Shown here in pieces: positions 47,597 through 57,351 of a DNA stretch of 64,000 nucleotides. The stretch's first letter is position 1; each line of letters starts with the position of its first letter. Below the pieces are notes generated by a model, which did no database searches, had not been told where the DNA came from, and saw only the letters and a program-made list of their open reading frames with translations. The position numbers were made by a program, and so were the translations under genes. The stretch spans positions 543,431 through 607,430 of the forward strand of contig CAVSZC010000005.1 in assembly GCA_963732365.1 (NCBI GenBank). The letters run 5' to 3'. This stretch comes from an uncultured Bacteroidales bacterium (GTDB lineage Bacteria; Bacteroidota; Bacteroidia; Bacteroidales; VadinHA17).

Positions 47597-50251
47597 TTAT
47601 CTTGCCGTTTTGTAAGCATTCTCATAAAAGATCATGTACCTTGAAATGCTCTTGTCCTGTCTGAAATTGTCAAGATTCACTGCGCTGATCATCAACACCG
47701 ACAGGGTTGTTCGGGAAGCTTCCCTGATTTCCTCTGCAGGGTTGAACTTATCCATCCAGGCCCGGGCTTCGGCAGCATTCTGAAATATTCCGACGGTTAC
47801 CAGGATGAACTCTTTTTCTGCGGCGCCCTCGGTGCGGTAGTTTTTGTCCGAGAAGTTATCGATGTTGAAGTTGATGATGTCAAAGATTATCTGGTTAAGG
47901 TTTGCCTGCAGGTTACCGGCGATGATCATAACGAAGTGGGACCCTGTGGTGTCAGCCGTATAGATTTCCCTGGCGACACGGGTGTCTTCAGCAACCTGTA
48001 GCTCCGGTATTTCTCTCTTCAGGAACTCATTTATCTCTGAAGCCCTTATGCCCTCGGGTGTGTCAGGATATCTGGCAATCAGCGAGTCAAGTTTTTCCTT
48101 GTAGTCGATTTCACCGCTTAAGGCACCTGCAATCATTGCGTCAAGGAGCATGAACTTGGGCGTAAGCTCATTATCGGGGTAGAGGGTGAGTGCATTACTG
48201 CACAAAGCACCTGCTTCTGTGAAGCGTCCCGCTGAGAATGACTCATATGCGGCTTCATAATCCTTCTGTATCCTTGAAGCCGTCTCCTGTTGTTTCCTGA
48301 CATAATCAGGATCTGACAGAATCATGGCATATTCAGTCTCAGGGAATGATGAGATCAAAGCTGACCTGTGCAGCTCTGCCCGTGACGGATCGCTTTTGCT
48401 AAGCAGACGGTACAGTTCATAAAGTGCCTCAGCCCTTGTGTTGTCCGAACCACCGCCAAGTGATGCTGCCTCAAACGATTCTGCTGCGGACAGGGTGTCT
48501 GCCAGTCGCGACGCCAGTATCTTGCCTTCGGCCAGCAGTGCGTTGGCGCTCTTTTGATAGGAAACAGCCATCAGCGAGTCGGTAAGTGGAAGGTTGGCAA
48601 GATAAAACTCCTTGGTTTGTTCCGGAGCTGTCTCTTTCGGGACATTGCCCGGTGTTTCCTCACCGTTCTCTGCTGTTGCTGCAGGCATTACGGCAATACG
48701 TGTTTTGTTTGACCTCCTCCAGTTATCTTCAAGTCTTCGTTCGCCCCAGCGCCTCCGGAATTCTGTCCGGCCATAAGTAAGGGCTGTCTGGTTGTAAAAG
48801 TACCAGCCCCCTTCAGCTGCAACAGTACCCATATTACGTTGTTCATTTTCATAGTATTGGCCCATGTTGTTCCTGTCACTTCCGTCGTCCTGCCGTGCCA
48901 TTATCAGCTCCTGCTCATAGGTGCGTATCAGTCCTGCTATGAAGGCATCACGCTCACTTTCGGTCATCTGCGCAACCCGCCGAAGGCTGTCTTCCATGAC
49001 AACTATGCTGTGGAAACCGGCATATTCACCCAGATCAGAAGCCCGCCGGCTGATGAATTCATAGTCAGGGAATCTGTTGTCAATATTGTAGATGGCACTG
49101 TCATAGTAAAAGTAGGCCATCATATATTCAGGTTTCGAATAGAAGTGATTTCCGAGGGCAAGATATGAACGGGCTTTCTGGCGGTTATTGTTAGTGCTTG
49201 CCCTTACCGATTGTGACCATAGCTCAGTGGCCTCATTATCATTTTCACTGCGATGCTCGAGCTCTCCGAGAGCATAGTAGATCTGGTCAAGGTAATCCTT
49301 GTTCCTCGAATCGCGCAGCATCTTGCGCAATGATTTCTTAAGGTCATCGTAGTCTTCGTCGGATATGTCAGTCACTCCTGCCAGGTTTATTCCTGCGGCG
49401 AACTCGAGGTCATAAGGGGGATTCATCCTGAGCACTTCCCGGAAATAGTTCTTTGAAAGGGCATCGTCTCCGCCCGCGGCGCAAGCCTGGGCAAGAAGAT
49501 AGGTCAGGCGTACCCTTGTCTGTTTGTCGCCGCTGGTTTCTATTGCCATGGACAGGGGGCTGACAGCATCGTTGTACCGTTTCTGTCGCAGCGCTATGTC
49601 AGCCTGAGTGGAGTACATCATTGACTGCAGTGTGCGTGATGATTCTTCGATGCCGTTGAGACCCTGAAGCAGGCGTGCAGCCTCGGTATAATTACGGTCT
49701 TCGGTCTGCAGACGGGCAAGCCAGATATTGGCTTCGCTGATGATATCCTTGTCTGTTGTTAAGCTTATTGTGTAAGAAAATGCTGACCGTGCTGCACCGT
49801 AGTTTTTCTGGTAGAACTGAGCCTTTGCCAGCAACAGGTAAGCGTCATCGACCCATTCATTATACTCCCTGCGATTGTAAAACTCATCGTTTCGGGAATC
49901 TCTTTTTCCGCGCTTTGACTCATCAGGCCTGGCGGTGATGGAATAGAGCGCAATAACCTTGCTGGCTTTCTGTATCGCACGATCCATGTCTGAGGCTGAT
50001 ACCTGTGCTGACTCAGGGGTGGTGTATAGAAAAACAGGAAGCATGGTGTTGTAATCGTCCCTGTGTGACCCTTTTACTTTTGCAACACCTGCCTTGTACG
50101 CCTCATTGCCATTGAAATAGACATTGTACTTTGCGATCAGCGAGTTATAGAAACGGCTGGCACCGGTATTCTTCTCCACGGAGCAACCGGTAACCAGTGC
50201 GGTGAGCACCATGGTCATCGCGACATGATATAATGAGAACCTGAATCTCAA
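47597..50251 (-). CDS. sprE: TPR-repeat periplasmic lipoprotein, SprE/PorW-like (T9SS)
   Basis: Lipobox LVTGC. The N-terminal ...FYNSLIAKYNVYFNGNEAYKAG is, as I recall, typical of SprE/PorW. Multiple TPR-like repeats follow. The 884-aa length is close to SprE. The stop lies 15 nt upstream of the porX start. Confidence 0.55.
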   Translation of the reverse strand: MRFRFSLYHVAMTMVLTALVTGCSVEKNTGASRFYNSLIAKYNVYFNGNEAYKAGVAKVKGSHRDDYNTMLPVFLYTTPESAQVSASDMDRAIQKASKVIALYSITARPDESKRGKRDSRNDEFYNRREYNEWVDDAYLLLAKAQFYQKNYGAARSAFSYTISLTTDKDIISEANIWLARLQTEDRNYTEAARLLQGLNGIEESSRTLQSMMYSTQADIALRQKRYNDAVSPLSMAIETSGDKQTRVRLTYLLAQACAAGGDDALSKNYFREVLRMNPPYDLEFAAGINLAGVTDISDEDYDDLKKSLRKMLRDSRNKDYLDQIYYALGELEHRSENDNEATELWSQSVRASTNNNRQKARSYLALGNHFYSKPEYMMAYFYYDSAIYNIDNRFPDYEFISRRASDLGEYAGFHSIVVMEDSLRRVAQMTESERDAFIAGLIRTYEQELIMARQDDGSDRNNMGQYYENEQRNMGTVAAEGGWYFYNQTALTYGRTEFRRRWGERRLEDNWRRSNKTRIAVMPAATAENGEETPGNVPKETAPEQTKEFYLANLPLTDSLMAVSYQKSANALLAEGKILASRLADTLSAAESFEAASLGGGSDNTRAEALYELYRLLSKSDPSRAELHRSALISSFPETEYAMILSDPDYVRKQQETASRIQKDYEAAYESFSAGRFTEAGALCSNALTLYPDNELTPKFMLLDAMIAGALSGEIDYKEKLDSLIARYPDTPEGIRASEINEFLKREIPELQVAEDTRVAREIYTADTTGSHFVMIIAGNLQANLNQIIFDIINFNIDNFSDKNYRTEGAAEKEFILVTVGIFQNAAEARAWMDKFNPAEEIREASRTTLSVLMISAVNLDNFRQDKSISRYMIFYENAYKTAR

Positions 50252-50354
50252 GAATGGCGGTTTATACTATAACTGCACCTGGCAGTTAAAAGTATTCAAA
50301 GGTAAGAAAAAGAGGTTAAAAAGAGTCCGGTCATCTGACCCTTCAGGCTGCAGC

Positions 50355-51461
50355 CTATTTCACCACAACCCTCTTTGTGGGAGCCATCTCTTCATTCCGT
50401 TTTCCGACCTGTCTTACAATCTCTTCAGCCAGGTTCAGGAAGGCAGTGCCTGTTTCGTTATCATTAAGGGCTGCGGGAGTTCCGGCATCCCCTCCGTCGC
50501 AGATACTCTCAACGATGGGTATCTGGCCAAGAAGATCTACTCCCGTCTCGGCAGCGAGCCTGCTGCCTCCCTCTTTTCCGAAGATATAATACCGTCTGCC
50601 CGGCAACTCAGGTGCAACAAAGTATGCCATGTTTTCAACGAGCCCCAGCACCGGTACATTAATAGCGTCACTCCTGAACATCGCAATCCCCTTGCGTGCA
50701 TCGGCAAGTGCAACCTCCTGAGGGGTTGTCACAACCACGGCACCGGTGACGGGCACCTCCTGTACCAGTGTAAGATGAATGTCACTCGTTCCGGGAGGGA
50801 GGTCAAAAATCAGATAGTCAAGCTCTCCCCAGTCTCCCTGTGTGATCAGTTGCTTGAGGAAACTGCTGGCCATCGGCCCCCTCCAGATAACGGCTTCGCT
50901 CTCCTTTACAAAAAAACCGATCGACAGGATGCTGACGCCGTATTTCTTCATCGGGATGATAAGATCTTTGTTGCTCTCCCTTGTTACTTCGGGCCTGTAT
51001 TCCTCAGCATTGAACATCTTGGGAACCGACGGGCCGTAAATGTCGGCATCGAGAAGACCTGTTGCGTATCCTTTGCGCGCCAGTGCCACGGCCAGGTTGA
51101 CGGCAATAGTTGACTTGCCCACTCCGCCCTTGCCTGACGAAACGGCAATAATATTCCTTACACCGGGAAGAACTTCCCTCTTGGGGGCCTCAGTCTTTCC
51201 CACAACAGTCTTTGGCTTTACATCGATGGAAGAGATAACAGTATCAGACCCGAGTGCATCCTTTAATGCCTTCACACAGTTGCTCCTGATTGATGACAGA
51301 AAGGGGTCATTCGATCTCTCCGGTGTGAGCAGGATAGTTATGCCGTCAGCGGTTACAGTAATATCGCCCACTATTCCAAGGGAAACAATATCTGAACCCT
51401 TTTCCGGGTGGTTAACCTGCCTGAGTGCGGATATAACATCTTCCCTGGTAATATTGGTCAT
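50355..51461 (-). CDS. mrp: Mrp/NBP35-family iron-sulfur cluster carrier ATPase (ApbC)
   Basis: N-terminal DUF59-like domain. Deviant Walker A SGKGGVGKST. Typical length of 368 aa. Confidence 0.9.
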   Translation of the reverse strand: MTNITREDVISALRQVNHPEKGSDIVSLGIVGDITVTADGITILLTPERSNDPFLSSIRSNCVKALKDALGSDTVISSIDVKPKTVVGKTEAPKREVLPGVRNIIAVSSGKGGVGKSTIAVNLAVALARKGYATGLLDADIYGPSVPKMFNAEEYRPEVTRESNKDLIIPMKKYGVSILSIGFFVKESEAVIWRGPMASSFLKQLITQGDWGELDYLIFDLPPGTSDIHLTLVQEVPVTGAVVVTTPQEVALADARKGIAMFRSDAINVPVLGLVENMAYFVAPELPGRRYYIFGKEGGSRLAAETGVDLLGQIPIVESICDGGDAGTPAALNDNETGTAFLNLAEEIVRQVGKRNEEMAPTKRVVVK

Positions 51462-51529
51462 GTCTTTGTCTTTTTTGGTTATGATATGATTCTGGTTCCG
51501 GTATTATACTTGTTAACGAAATGTTGTGG

Positions 51530-51886
51530 TTAAAGTTCAGTCATCGGGTCCCAGAATTTCTCTGTAAAATCCATTACCCGGTCATCCACAACGGTGAATC
51601 CCTCGTTTTCAAGTAATTGCTGCATGGTTGTTGAGTTGCCGAAGTGATGCTTCCCTGTCAGCATTCCGTTCCGGTTAACAACGCGGTGAGCGGGGATAAA
51701 GTCAGGATTGAAGTGAGAGGAGTTCAGTGCCCACCCCACCATTCTGGCTGAACCGGCCGTGCCCAGATACCTGGCAATGGCGCCATAAGATGTGATACGG
51801 CCGAAAGGTACCAGGCGGGTCACGTCATAAACCCTGCTGAAGAAGCCCTCATTCCGGCTCTCACGGATTGATGATCTCTTTGTCAT
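51530..51886 (-). CDS. MGMT-family DNA-binding protein lacking the acceptor cysteine (alkyltransferase-like, ATL)
   Basis: 118 aa. The canonical PCHR active-site motif reads PAHRVVN (Cys replaced by Ala). The ORF overlaps trmB by 26 nt. Confidence 0.75.
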   Translation of the reverse strand: MTKRSSIRESRNEGFFSRVYDVTRLVPFGRITSYGAIARYLGTAGSARMVGWALNSSHFNPDFIPAHRVVNRNGMLTGKHHFGNSTTMQQLLENEGFTVVDDRVMDFTEKFWDPMTEL

Positions 51887-52553
51887 CGGGTAGTCTGAAT
51901 GCTAAATATGTAATGGGAATACCATGCTCAAGGAACTTCTCTTCATAGTAGGTTCTGATAGACAACAGAGGGTCACTGGGGAATTGGCTGTAAAGGTCAG
52001 TCGATGAGCTTATTATCTCTAGGCTGTTGGCCTTGACGACCGAGAGGGCATAGTCAAAGAGCTCCCTGTTGTCAGTCTTGAGATGGATGATGCCGTTACC
52101 TTTCAGGATTCTTCTGTAGATATTGAGGAAGACAGGGCCGGGGAGCCTCTTTTTCTCACGTTTCCTCTTTGGCTGGGGGTCAGGGAAGGTGATCCATATC
52201 TCATCAATCTCACCGGGAGCAAAAAACGATTCAATAAACTCGATTCTTGTGCGGAGAAAAGCAGCATTGGGGATGTTCCTGTGATATGACTCCCGTGCCC
52301 CTTTCCAAAGGCGTGCACCCTTTATGTCAATACCGATAAAATTCTTTTCAGGAAATTTCTCTGCCAGCCCGACGGTATATTCACCCTTGCCGCAGCCCAG
52401 CTCAACGATTATGGGTCTGTCATTGCCAAACCACTCTCTGTGCCAGTTACCCTTAAGGTCGTGATTGTTCTTGAAAACCTCGCTGAATGAAGGTTCCAGT
52501 ACATTATTGAAACCCTTCATCTCTGTCCACCGTGCCAGCTTATTCTTACCCAA
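51861..52553 (-). CDS. trmB: tRNA (guanine46-N7)-methyltransferase
   Basis: SAM-binding IVELGCGKGEYT motif, and a TrmB-type FPDPQPKRKREKKR motif. Confidence 0.9.
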   Translation of the reverse strand: MGKNKLARWTEMKGFNNVLEPSFSEVFKNNHDLKGNWHREWFGNDRPIIVELGCGKGEYTVGLAEKFPEKNFIGIDIKGARLWKGARESYHRNIPNAAFLRTRIEFIESFFAPGEIDEIWITFPDPQPKRKREKKRLPGPVFLNIYRRILKGNGIIHLKTDNRELFDYALSVVKANSLEIISSSTDLYSQFPSDPLLSIRTYYEEKFLEHGIPITYLAFRLPDDKEIINP

Positions 52554-52572
52554 AATAATGCGGTTTAGGAGA

Positions 52573-53049
52573 CTAATTTCTCCGGGATATCCTCATTCCC
52601 ATGTCACGGACTCCCCGGAGGAGGGTATCTCGCATGCCATGGATAATCTGGAAATGATACTCACCGTTTTCGGGGAACCAGACATTGGATTTATAGGGGA
52701 TGGTTACTTCGCGGATGTCTCCGGCGCCGCGTCCGAGCCAGTTGCCTTTTTCATCGGTCAGTATTCCCTGGACAGTGTCGGTTACAGCAGTACCTGAAGG
52801 GAAGACTGTCACGACGAAGAGATACAGATTGCGATAGGGATAGGCAGTTGTTGTCCTTACCGAGAGATTGATATCATAGATGCCGGCTGTATCATCAATG
52901 ACGCAGGCAAATTTCCCCGGATCATACATGCTCCAGACCTCGTCCTCCATCCTGACATTGTCAGCATAATATGTGTCGCTGATGCATGACATTGCCAGGA
53001 GCATCAGCAGTGAGGCTGCAATTAGTATATTACGTTTTCTTTCTCTCAT
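52573..53049 (-). CDS. gldH: gliding motility lipoprotein GldH
   Basis: The preferred start is MRERKRNILIAASLLMLLAMSC (ATG at 53049, lipobox LAMSC), which gives 158 aa. GldH-like motifs are present (YPYRNLYLF, GNWLGRGAGDI). The longer ORF-track version overlaps the upstream gene extensively. Confidence 0.8.
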   Translation of the reverse strand: MRERKRNILIAASLLMLLAMSCISDTYYADNVRMEDEVWSMYDPGKFACVIDDTAGIYDINLSVRTTTAYPYRNLYLFVVTVFPSGTAVTDTVQGILTDEKGNWLGRGAGDIREVTIPYKSNVWFPENGEYHFQIIHGMRDTLLRGVRDMGMRISRRN

Positions 53050-54172
53050 TTCTCCTTTGAAATGGTCTTTTGTTACCCTTTCCCTGTCGCTGGCTGCTTG
53101 TCGATTCAAATCTTTCGAGTCCGCTGTTCTGCAGCAGAAGATCATTGCCTCTCTCGAGTGCATGATTATCAGGTGAAACAACAAGCTTTTCAGGCTTGAT
53201 ACCCTTTCTGTTAAGCTGTATTATCTCACGAACTCTTGCAACGGGCACGGCTGTGAGGTTAACGGCCATTCGCTGGTCGGTTGAATACCAGTATATCCCT
53301 GCATGCACCTCCATTTTGGTGAAGTATGCTGTTCCTCCCGCCAGCTCAAGAGGTATCTCCTTTGACGGGAATTCCCTCTGTGCGTCGATATAACAGTCAA
53401 GTTCATAGTTGAGGCAGCATTTCAGTTTTCCGCACTGACCGGCCAGTTTCTGAGGGTTAAGAGACAGGTCCTGGTATCGTGCATGGGTTGTTGTCACAGA
53501 GATGAAGTTTGTGACGTGCGTTGAGCAGCACAATTCACGCCCGCAGGTACCTATGCCGCCTATCCTGCCGGCCTCCTGCCGTGCCCCAATCTGTCTCATC
53601 TCAATGCGTATGTGGAACTCTTCGGCCAGGACCTTGATCAGCTGGCGGAAGTCAACTCTCTCATCGGCGAGGTAGTAGAAGATTGCCTTTGTCTTGTCGC
53701 CCTGGTACTCCACATCACCTATCTTCATTTCAAGGCCAAGGTTCTCAGCTATCTTCCTTGAGCGCAGCATGGTGTGCACCTCCTGTTTCCTGGCCTCCTC
53801 CCACTTCTGAATATCAACCGGCCGGGCTTTCCTGTAGACCTTTTTCATCTCTTCGGTGACAGGTTTTACCTTCATCTTTTTCAGCTGCTCGTAAACGAGA
53901 TATCCGGTCATGGAGACGCGTCCGATATCATGACCCGGCGACGCTTCAACGGCAACAATGTCACCGACATCAAGCTTCAGCTCGTTAATGTTACGGTAAA
54001 ATCCTTTACGGGTATTCTTAAAACGTACTTCTATGACCTCATCAAAACGCTTGTCACATGGCAATCCGGCAAGCCAGTTGAATTCATCGAGCTTGTTCTC
54101 TCCAGTCCGGAATTTTGTTTCAGGCGGCAGCGGTTCTTCACCGCCATGGACCTGTATATCTTCATTCATCAT
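53030..54172 (-). CDS. PSP1-domain protein (RicT/YaaT-like)
   Basis: Cys-rich PSP1 core (GIGTCGRELCCSTH, GQCGKLKCCLNYE). The gene follows holB, as is common. Confidence 0.85.
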   Translation of the reverse strand: MMNEDIQVHGGEEPLPPETKFRTGENKLDEFNWLAGLPCDKRFDEVIEVRFKNTRKGFYRNINELKLDVGDIVAVEASPGHDIGRVSMTGYLVYEQLKKMKVKPVTEEMKKVYRKARPVDIQKWEEARKQEVHTMLRSRKIAENLGLEMKIGDVEYQGDKTKAIFYYLADERVDFRQLIKVLAEEFHIRIEMRQIGARQEAGRIGGIGTCGRELCCSTHVTNFISVTTTHARYQDLSLNPQKLAGQCGKLKCCLNYELDCYIDAQREFPSKEIPLELAGGTAYFTKMEVHAGIYWYSTDQRMAVNLTAVPVARVREIIQLNRKGIKPEKLVVSPDNHALERGNDLLLQNSGLERFESTSSQRQGKGNKRPFQRRNERKKT

Positions 54173-54242
54173 AACATCAATTTATGGTGCAACCTGTTAC
54201 GGTTGAATCGCTGAATAGAAAGTGCCAACCCGAGGGTGGATG

Positions 54243-54250
54243 CAAATTTA
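54243..54250 (-). promoter_or_regulatory. Bacteroidota-type -7 box on the minus strand (TAAATTTG)
   Basis: CAAATTTA on the + strand is TAAATTTG on the - strand. It lies about 70 nt upstream of the PSP1 gene start at 54172. Confidence 0.35.
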
Positions 54251-54286
54251 GCAAAAAATGAGCTATTTTCAACGGTGAGAAATCAC

Positions 54287-55414
54287 TTACCTTATTAACC
54301 TCATTGTTCTGAGGGCAAGGTCGAGGAAGATCATTTTAGTGTTACCGTTGCTTTCTACATGAGCATATGCAAGATTAAACTCACGATCGAGGGCATGAAT
54401 GTTATTCTCATTGATGAAGGGATGGAATCTGGCAGAGAAATCCTCTTCAGCCCGGGTGAGATATACAAGTTTGTGTTCCTTGCCGCCGAAGTTCATGATG
54501 AAATTCTCACGCACAAGGCGAAGGGCATAAGTGAGGAAGCTTTTCTGTCTCTCTCTTCCCATTGCTGCGGTTTCTTCTGACCACGCTATGACAGACTGAA
54601 TATCACGGGCATACGCGGTACGCATCAGCCTGGTGAACCGTTCAAGGTGAACGGCGGTATTATCATCTTCGCGGGCAAGCTCGGTCGCCCTCACCATGTT
54701 TCCGTTGGCTATGCCCGCAATCTCTTCTGCGCTGGACTGGTCCATGCCAAACTCCCGTACCAGGAATCTGCTCATATCCTCTGCGGCTATCGCAGGTATC
54801 CTTATATGCTGGCATCTTGAGGTAATGGTCGGGAGGAGTCTGTCATCCTCCTCCGAGACCAGGATAAAGACTGTCTTGGCGGGAGGTTCCTCAATCAGCT
54901 TCAGAAGCTTGTTGGCTGTCTCGGGATTCATCTTTTCCGGAAGCCAGATGATCATGATCTTGTAGTCAGACTCGAATGACTTAAGACTGAGTTTTCTGAT
55001 TATTTCAGAGGCTTCGGCGACAGGAATGAGGGCCTGCTCATTCGCCACCTCCATTGCTTCCGTCCATTTGCTGAGTGAGAAGTAGGGAGACTTACGCACC
55101 ATCTCGCGCCACTGTGAAATATATGTATCGCTCACCGGCTCTGTCGCCGACTTCTTTTTAATTACCGGGAAGACAAAATGAAGGTCAGGATGAATGAGTT
55201 TGTCATATTTTGAACATGAGGGACAGACGCCGCAGGCGTCATCAGCTGTGCGGTTCTCGCAGCTTATGAAACGGGCAAACGCCAGGGCGAGTGCAAACTT
55301 GCCGCTCCCTTCCGGGCCATAGAAGAGAAGAGCGTGACTGACACGGTTTTCAGCCACTGCACTTCTCAGCCTGTCTATGACGGCACTTTGACCGGGTATC
55401 TGTGAAAAATCCAT
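54287..55414 (-). CDS. holB: DNA polymerase III subunit delta'
   Basis: AAA+ P-loop GPEGSGKF, zinc module CGVCPSCSKY, and SRC motif (TITSRCQ). Confidence 0.9.
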   Translation of the reverse strand: MDFSQIPGQSAVIDRLRSAVAENRVSHALLFYGPEGSGKFALALAFARFISCENRTADDACGVCPSCSKYDKLIHPDLHFVFPVIKKKSATEPVSDTYISQWREMVRKSPYFSLSKWTEAMEVANEQALIPVAEASEIIRKLSLKSFESDYKIMIIWLPEKMNPETANKLLKLIEEPPAKTVFILVSEEDDRLLPTITSRCQHIRIPAIAAEDMSRFLVREFGMDQSSAEEIAGIANGNMVRATELAREDDNTAVHLERFTRLMRTAYARDIQSVIAWSEETAAMGRERQKSFLTYALRLVRENFIMNFGGKEHKLVYLTRAEEDFSARFHPFINENNIHALDREFNLAYAHVESNGNTKMIFLDLALRTMRLIR

Positions 55415-55473
55415 TCAGCTTTCCTGTGGAGGGAAAGCAAAAATACAAAAATTCAGTGAATGAAGTGATCTGA

Positions 55474-55971
55474 TCAGAGAGCCGCTATGGCCTTGTCATA
55501 ATCAGGTTCATTAGCTATGTCAGAAACCAGTTCAGTGTATTTCACAACCCCCTTTTCATCTGTCACCACCACGCTGCGTGCGTATAACCCGGCGAAAATA
55601 CCGTCCAGCAGGTCAACCCCGTAAGCTTTTCCGAAACCGCTGTCACGGAATCCGGAAAGGGTAATTACATTTTTAATTCCCTCGGTGGTGCAGAAGCTGT
55701 TGTGTGCGAAAGGAAGATCCTTTGATATTGCCAGGACTACAGTGTTTTCCCTGTCGGCAGCCAGCTGGTTGAACTTGCGCAAAGCTGTGGCGCATACTGA
55801 GGTGCCAAGGCTCGGAAAGATGTTGAGAAGCAGCTTCTTGCCTTTCAGTTCATCAAGGGATAACTGGGTCAGGTCTGACCTGACAAGAGTGAAACCGGGG
55901 GCCTTGCTGCCGACTGACGGAAGAGTGCCTGAAGTATTAACCGGATTGCCTTTAAGTGTGATTTTTGCCAT
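55474..55971 (-). CDS. tpx: thiol peroxidase (Tpx, atypical 2-Cys peroxiredoxin)
   Basis: 165 aa. Peroxidatic Cys motif PSLGTSVCA and resolving Cys in NSFCTTEG. Confidence 0.9.
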   Translation of the reverse strand: MAKITLKGNPVNTSGTLPSVGSKAPGFTLVRSDLTQLSLDELKGKKLLLNIFPSLGTSVCATALRKFNQLAADRENTVVLAISKDLPFAHNSFCTTEGIKNVITLSGFRDSGFGKAYGVDLLDGIFAGLYARSVVVTDEKGVVKYTELVSDIANEPDYDKAIAAL

Positions 55972-56011
55972 GATCTTTTTATTTAAAATTAAGTTTTTCT
56001 TTTTGAATCAA

Positions 56012-56019
56012 CAAACATA
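56012..56019 (-). promoter_or_regulatory. Bacteroidota-type -7 box on the minus strand (TATGTTTG)
   Basis: CAAACATA on the + strand. It lies about 40 nt upstream of the tpx start at 55971. Confidence 0.35.
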
Positions 56020-56044
56020 AGCCTTTAAGGTTTTCCAAATTGTG

Positions 56045-56052
56045 TAACTTTG
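56045..56052 (+). promoter_or_regulatory. Bacteroidota-type -7 box (TAACTTTG)
   Basis: TAnnTTTG match 36 nt upstream of the pgk ATG at 56089. Confidence 0.4.
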
Positions 56053-56088
56053 TCTCCCGGTTAAAGAAAAACATAAAAGGATAAGACT

Positions 56089-57351
56089 ATGAAAATGATT
56101 GAAGGCTTCAGTTTTAAAGGTATCAGGACAATTGTGAGGGTTGATTTCAATGTGCCTCTGGACAAGAAAACCCGTGAGGTAACCGATGATACACGCATTC
56201 GGGGAGCTGTCAAAACCATAAAGAAGATAATTTCAGACGGAGGCTCGGCGATCCTTATGTCTCATCTCGGCCGTCCTGAAGGGGTACAGGAGAAGTATTC
56301 ACTGAAGCCTGTGCTGCCGGTGCTCGAGAAGCTGCTGGGCATGAAGGTTCTTTTTGCTCCAGATGCGCTCAGCGATGAGACTGCTGCCATGGCTGCTGCC
56401 CTTAAGCCCGGCGAGGTGATGATGCTTGAGAATGTAAGGTTCTATCCCGAGGAGGAGGGAAAACCTATTTTGCCCGAGACTGCCACTGATGATGAAAAAA
56501 AGGCGGCAAAGGCTGCACTTAAGGTGAAGCAGAAGGAGATGGCAAAGAGACTCTCGACATATGCTGATGTTTATGTAAATGACGCTTTCGGAACGGCGCA
56601 CAGGGCTCATGCCACCACTGCGGTGATGGCTGACTATTTCCCGGAGGACAAAAGGATGTTCGGCTTCCTCATCAACAGCGAACTGGCTGCGATGGACAAG
56701 GTGCTGAAGAGCGCACAGAAGCCCTTTACCGCCGTGATGGGAGGGGCGAAGGTCTCTGACAAGATACTTATTATTGAGAACCTCCTTGACCGTGTTGACA
56801 ACCTCATAATAGGCGGCGGGATGACATATACCTTTATCAAGGCTATGGGAGGTAAAATTGGCAATTCACTATGCGAATCCGATAAGCTTGATATTGCAAA
56901 AGCCGTGATCGAGAAGGCAAAGGCAAAGGGGGTGAATCTTATCTTCCCGGTTGACGGTGTCAATGCCGATAAGTTTGATGCAGAGGCAAATACATATATC
57001 TCAGCCATTGATGATGTCAGGGATGGGTGGATGGGTCTTGACATCGCCGAAAAGAGCATCGCCATTTTTGAGGAGGTGATAATGAAGTCGAGGACCATCC
57101 TCTGGAACGGTCCCATGGGGGTCTTCGAGATGGAGAAATTTGCTGCAGGCACCACCGCCATAGCGAAGGCTGTTGCCAGGGCAACGGAGAAAGGTGCATT
57201 TTCACTCATCGGCGGCGGCGATTCTGTTGCTGCCGTTAACAAGAACGGACTGGCCGACAAGGTGAGCTATGTCTCCACCGGTGGCGGCGCCATGCTCGAA
57301 TATATGGAAGGCAAGAAACTGCCCGGAATAACTGCGATAAGAGGAGAATAA
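56089..57351 (+). CDS. pgk: phosphoglycerate kinase
   Basis: [15 protein letters not shown] and GGGDS motifs. 420 aa. Confidence 0.97.
   Translation: MKMIEGFSFKGIRTIVRVDFNVPLDKKTREVTDDTRIRGAVKTIKKIISDGGSAILMSHLGRPEGVQEKYSLKPVLPVLEKLLGMKVLFAPDALSDETAAMAAALKPGEVMMLENVRFYPEEEGKPILPETATDDEKKAAKAALKVKQKEMAKRLSTYADVYVNDAFGTAHRAHATTAVMADYFPEDKRMFGFLINSELAAMDKVLKSAQKPFTAVMGGAKVSDKILIIENLLDRVDNLIIGGGMTYTFIKAMGGKIGNSLCESDKLDIAKAVIEKAKAKGVNLIFPVDGVNADKFDAEANTYISAIDDVRDGWMGLDIAEKSIAIFEEVIMKSRTILWNGPMGVFEMEKFAAGTTAIAKAVARATEKGAFSLIGGGDSVAAVNKNGLADKVSYVSTGGGAMLEYMEGKKLPGITAIRGE

Noticed and set aside
53050-53184. Longer version of the gldH ORF (203 aa), and similar N-terminal extensions of topA (to 19429), tsaE (to 46101), galE (to 33881) and yraN (to 60688).
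   Set aside because: The extensions overlap the upstream genes and precede the conserved N-termini or signal peptides. The internal ATGs give family-typical lengths.
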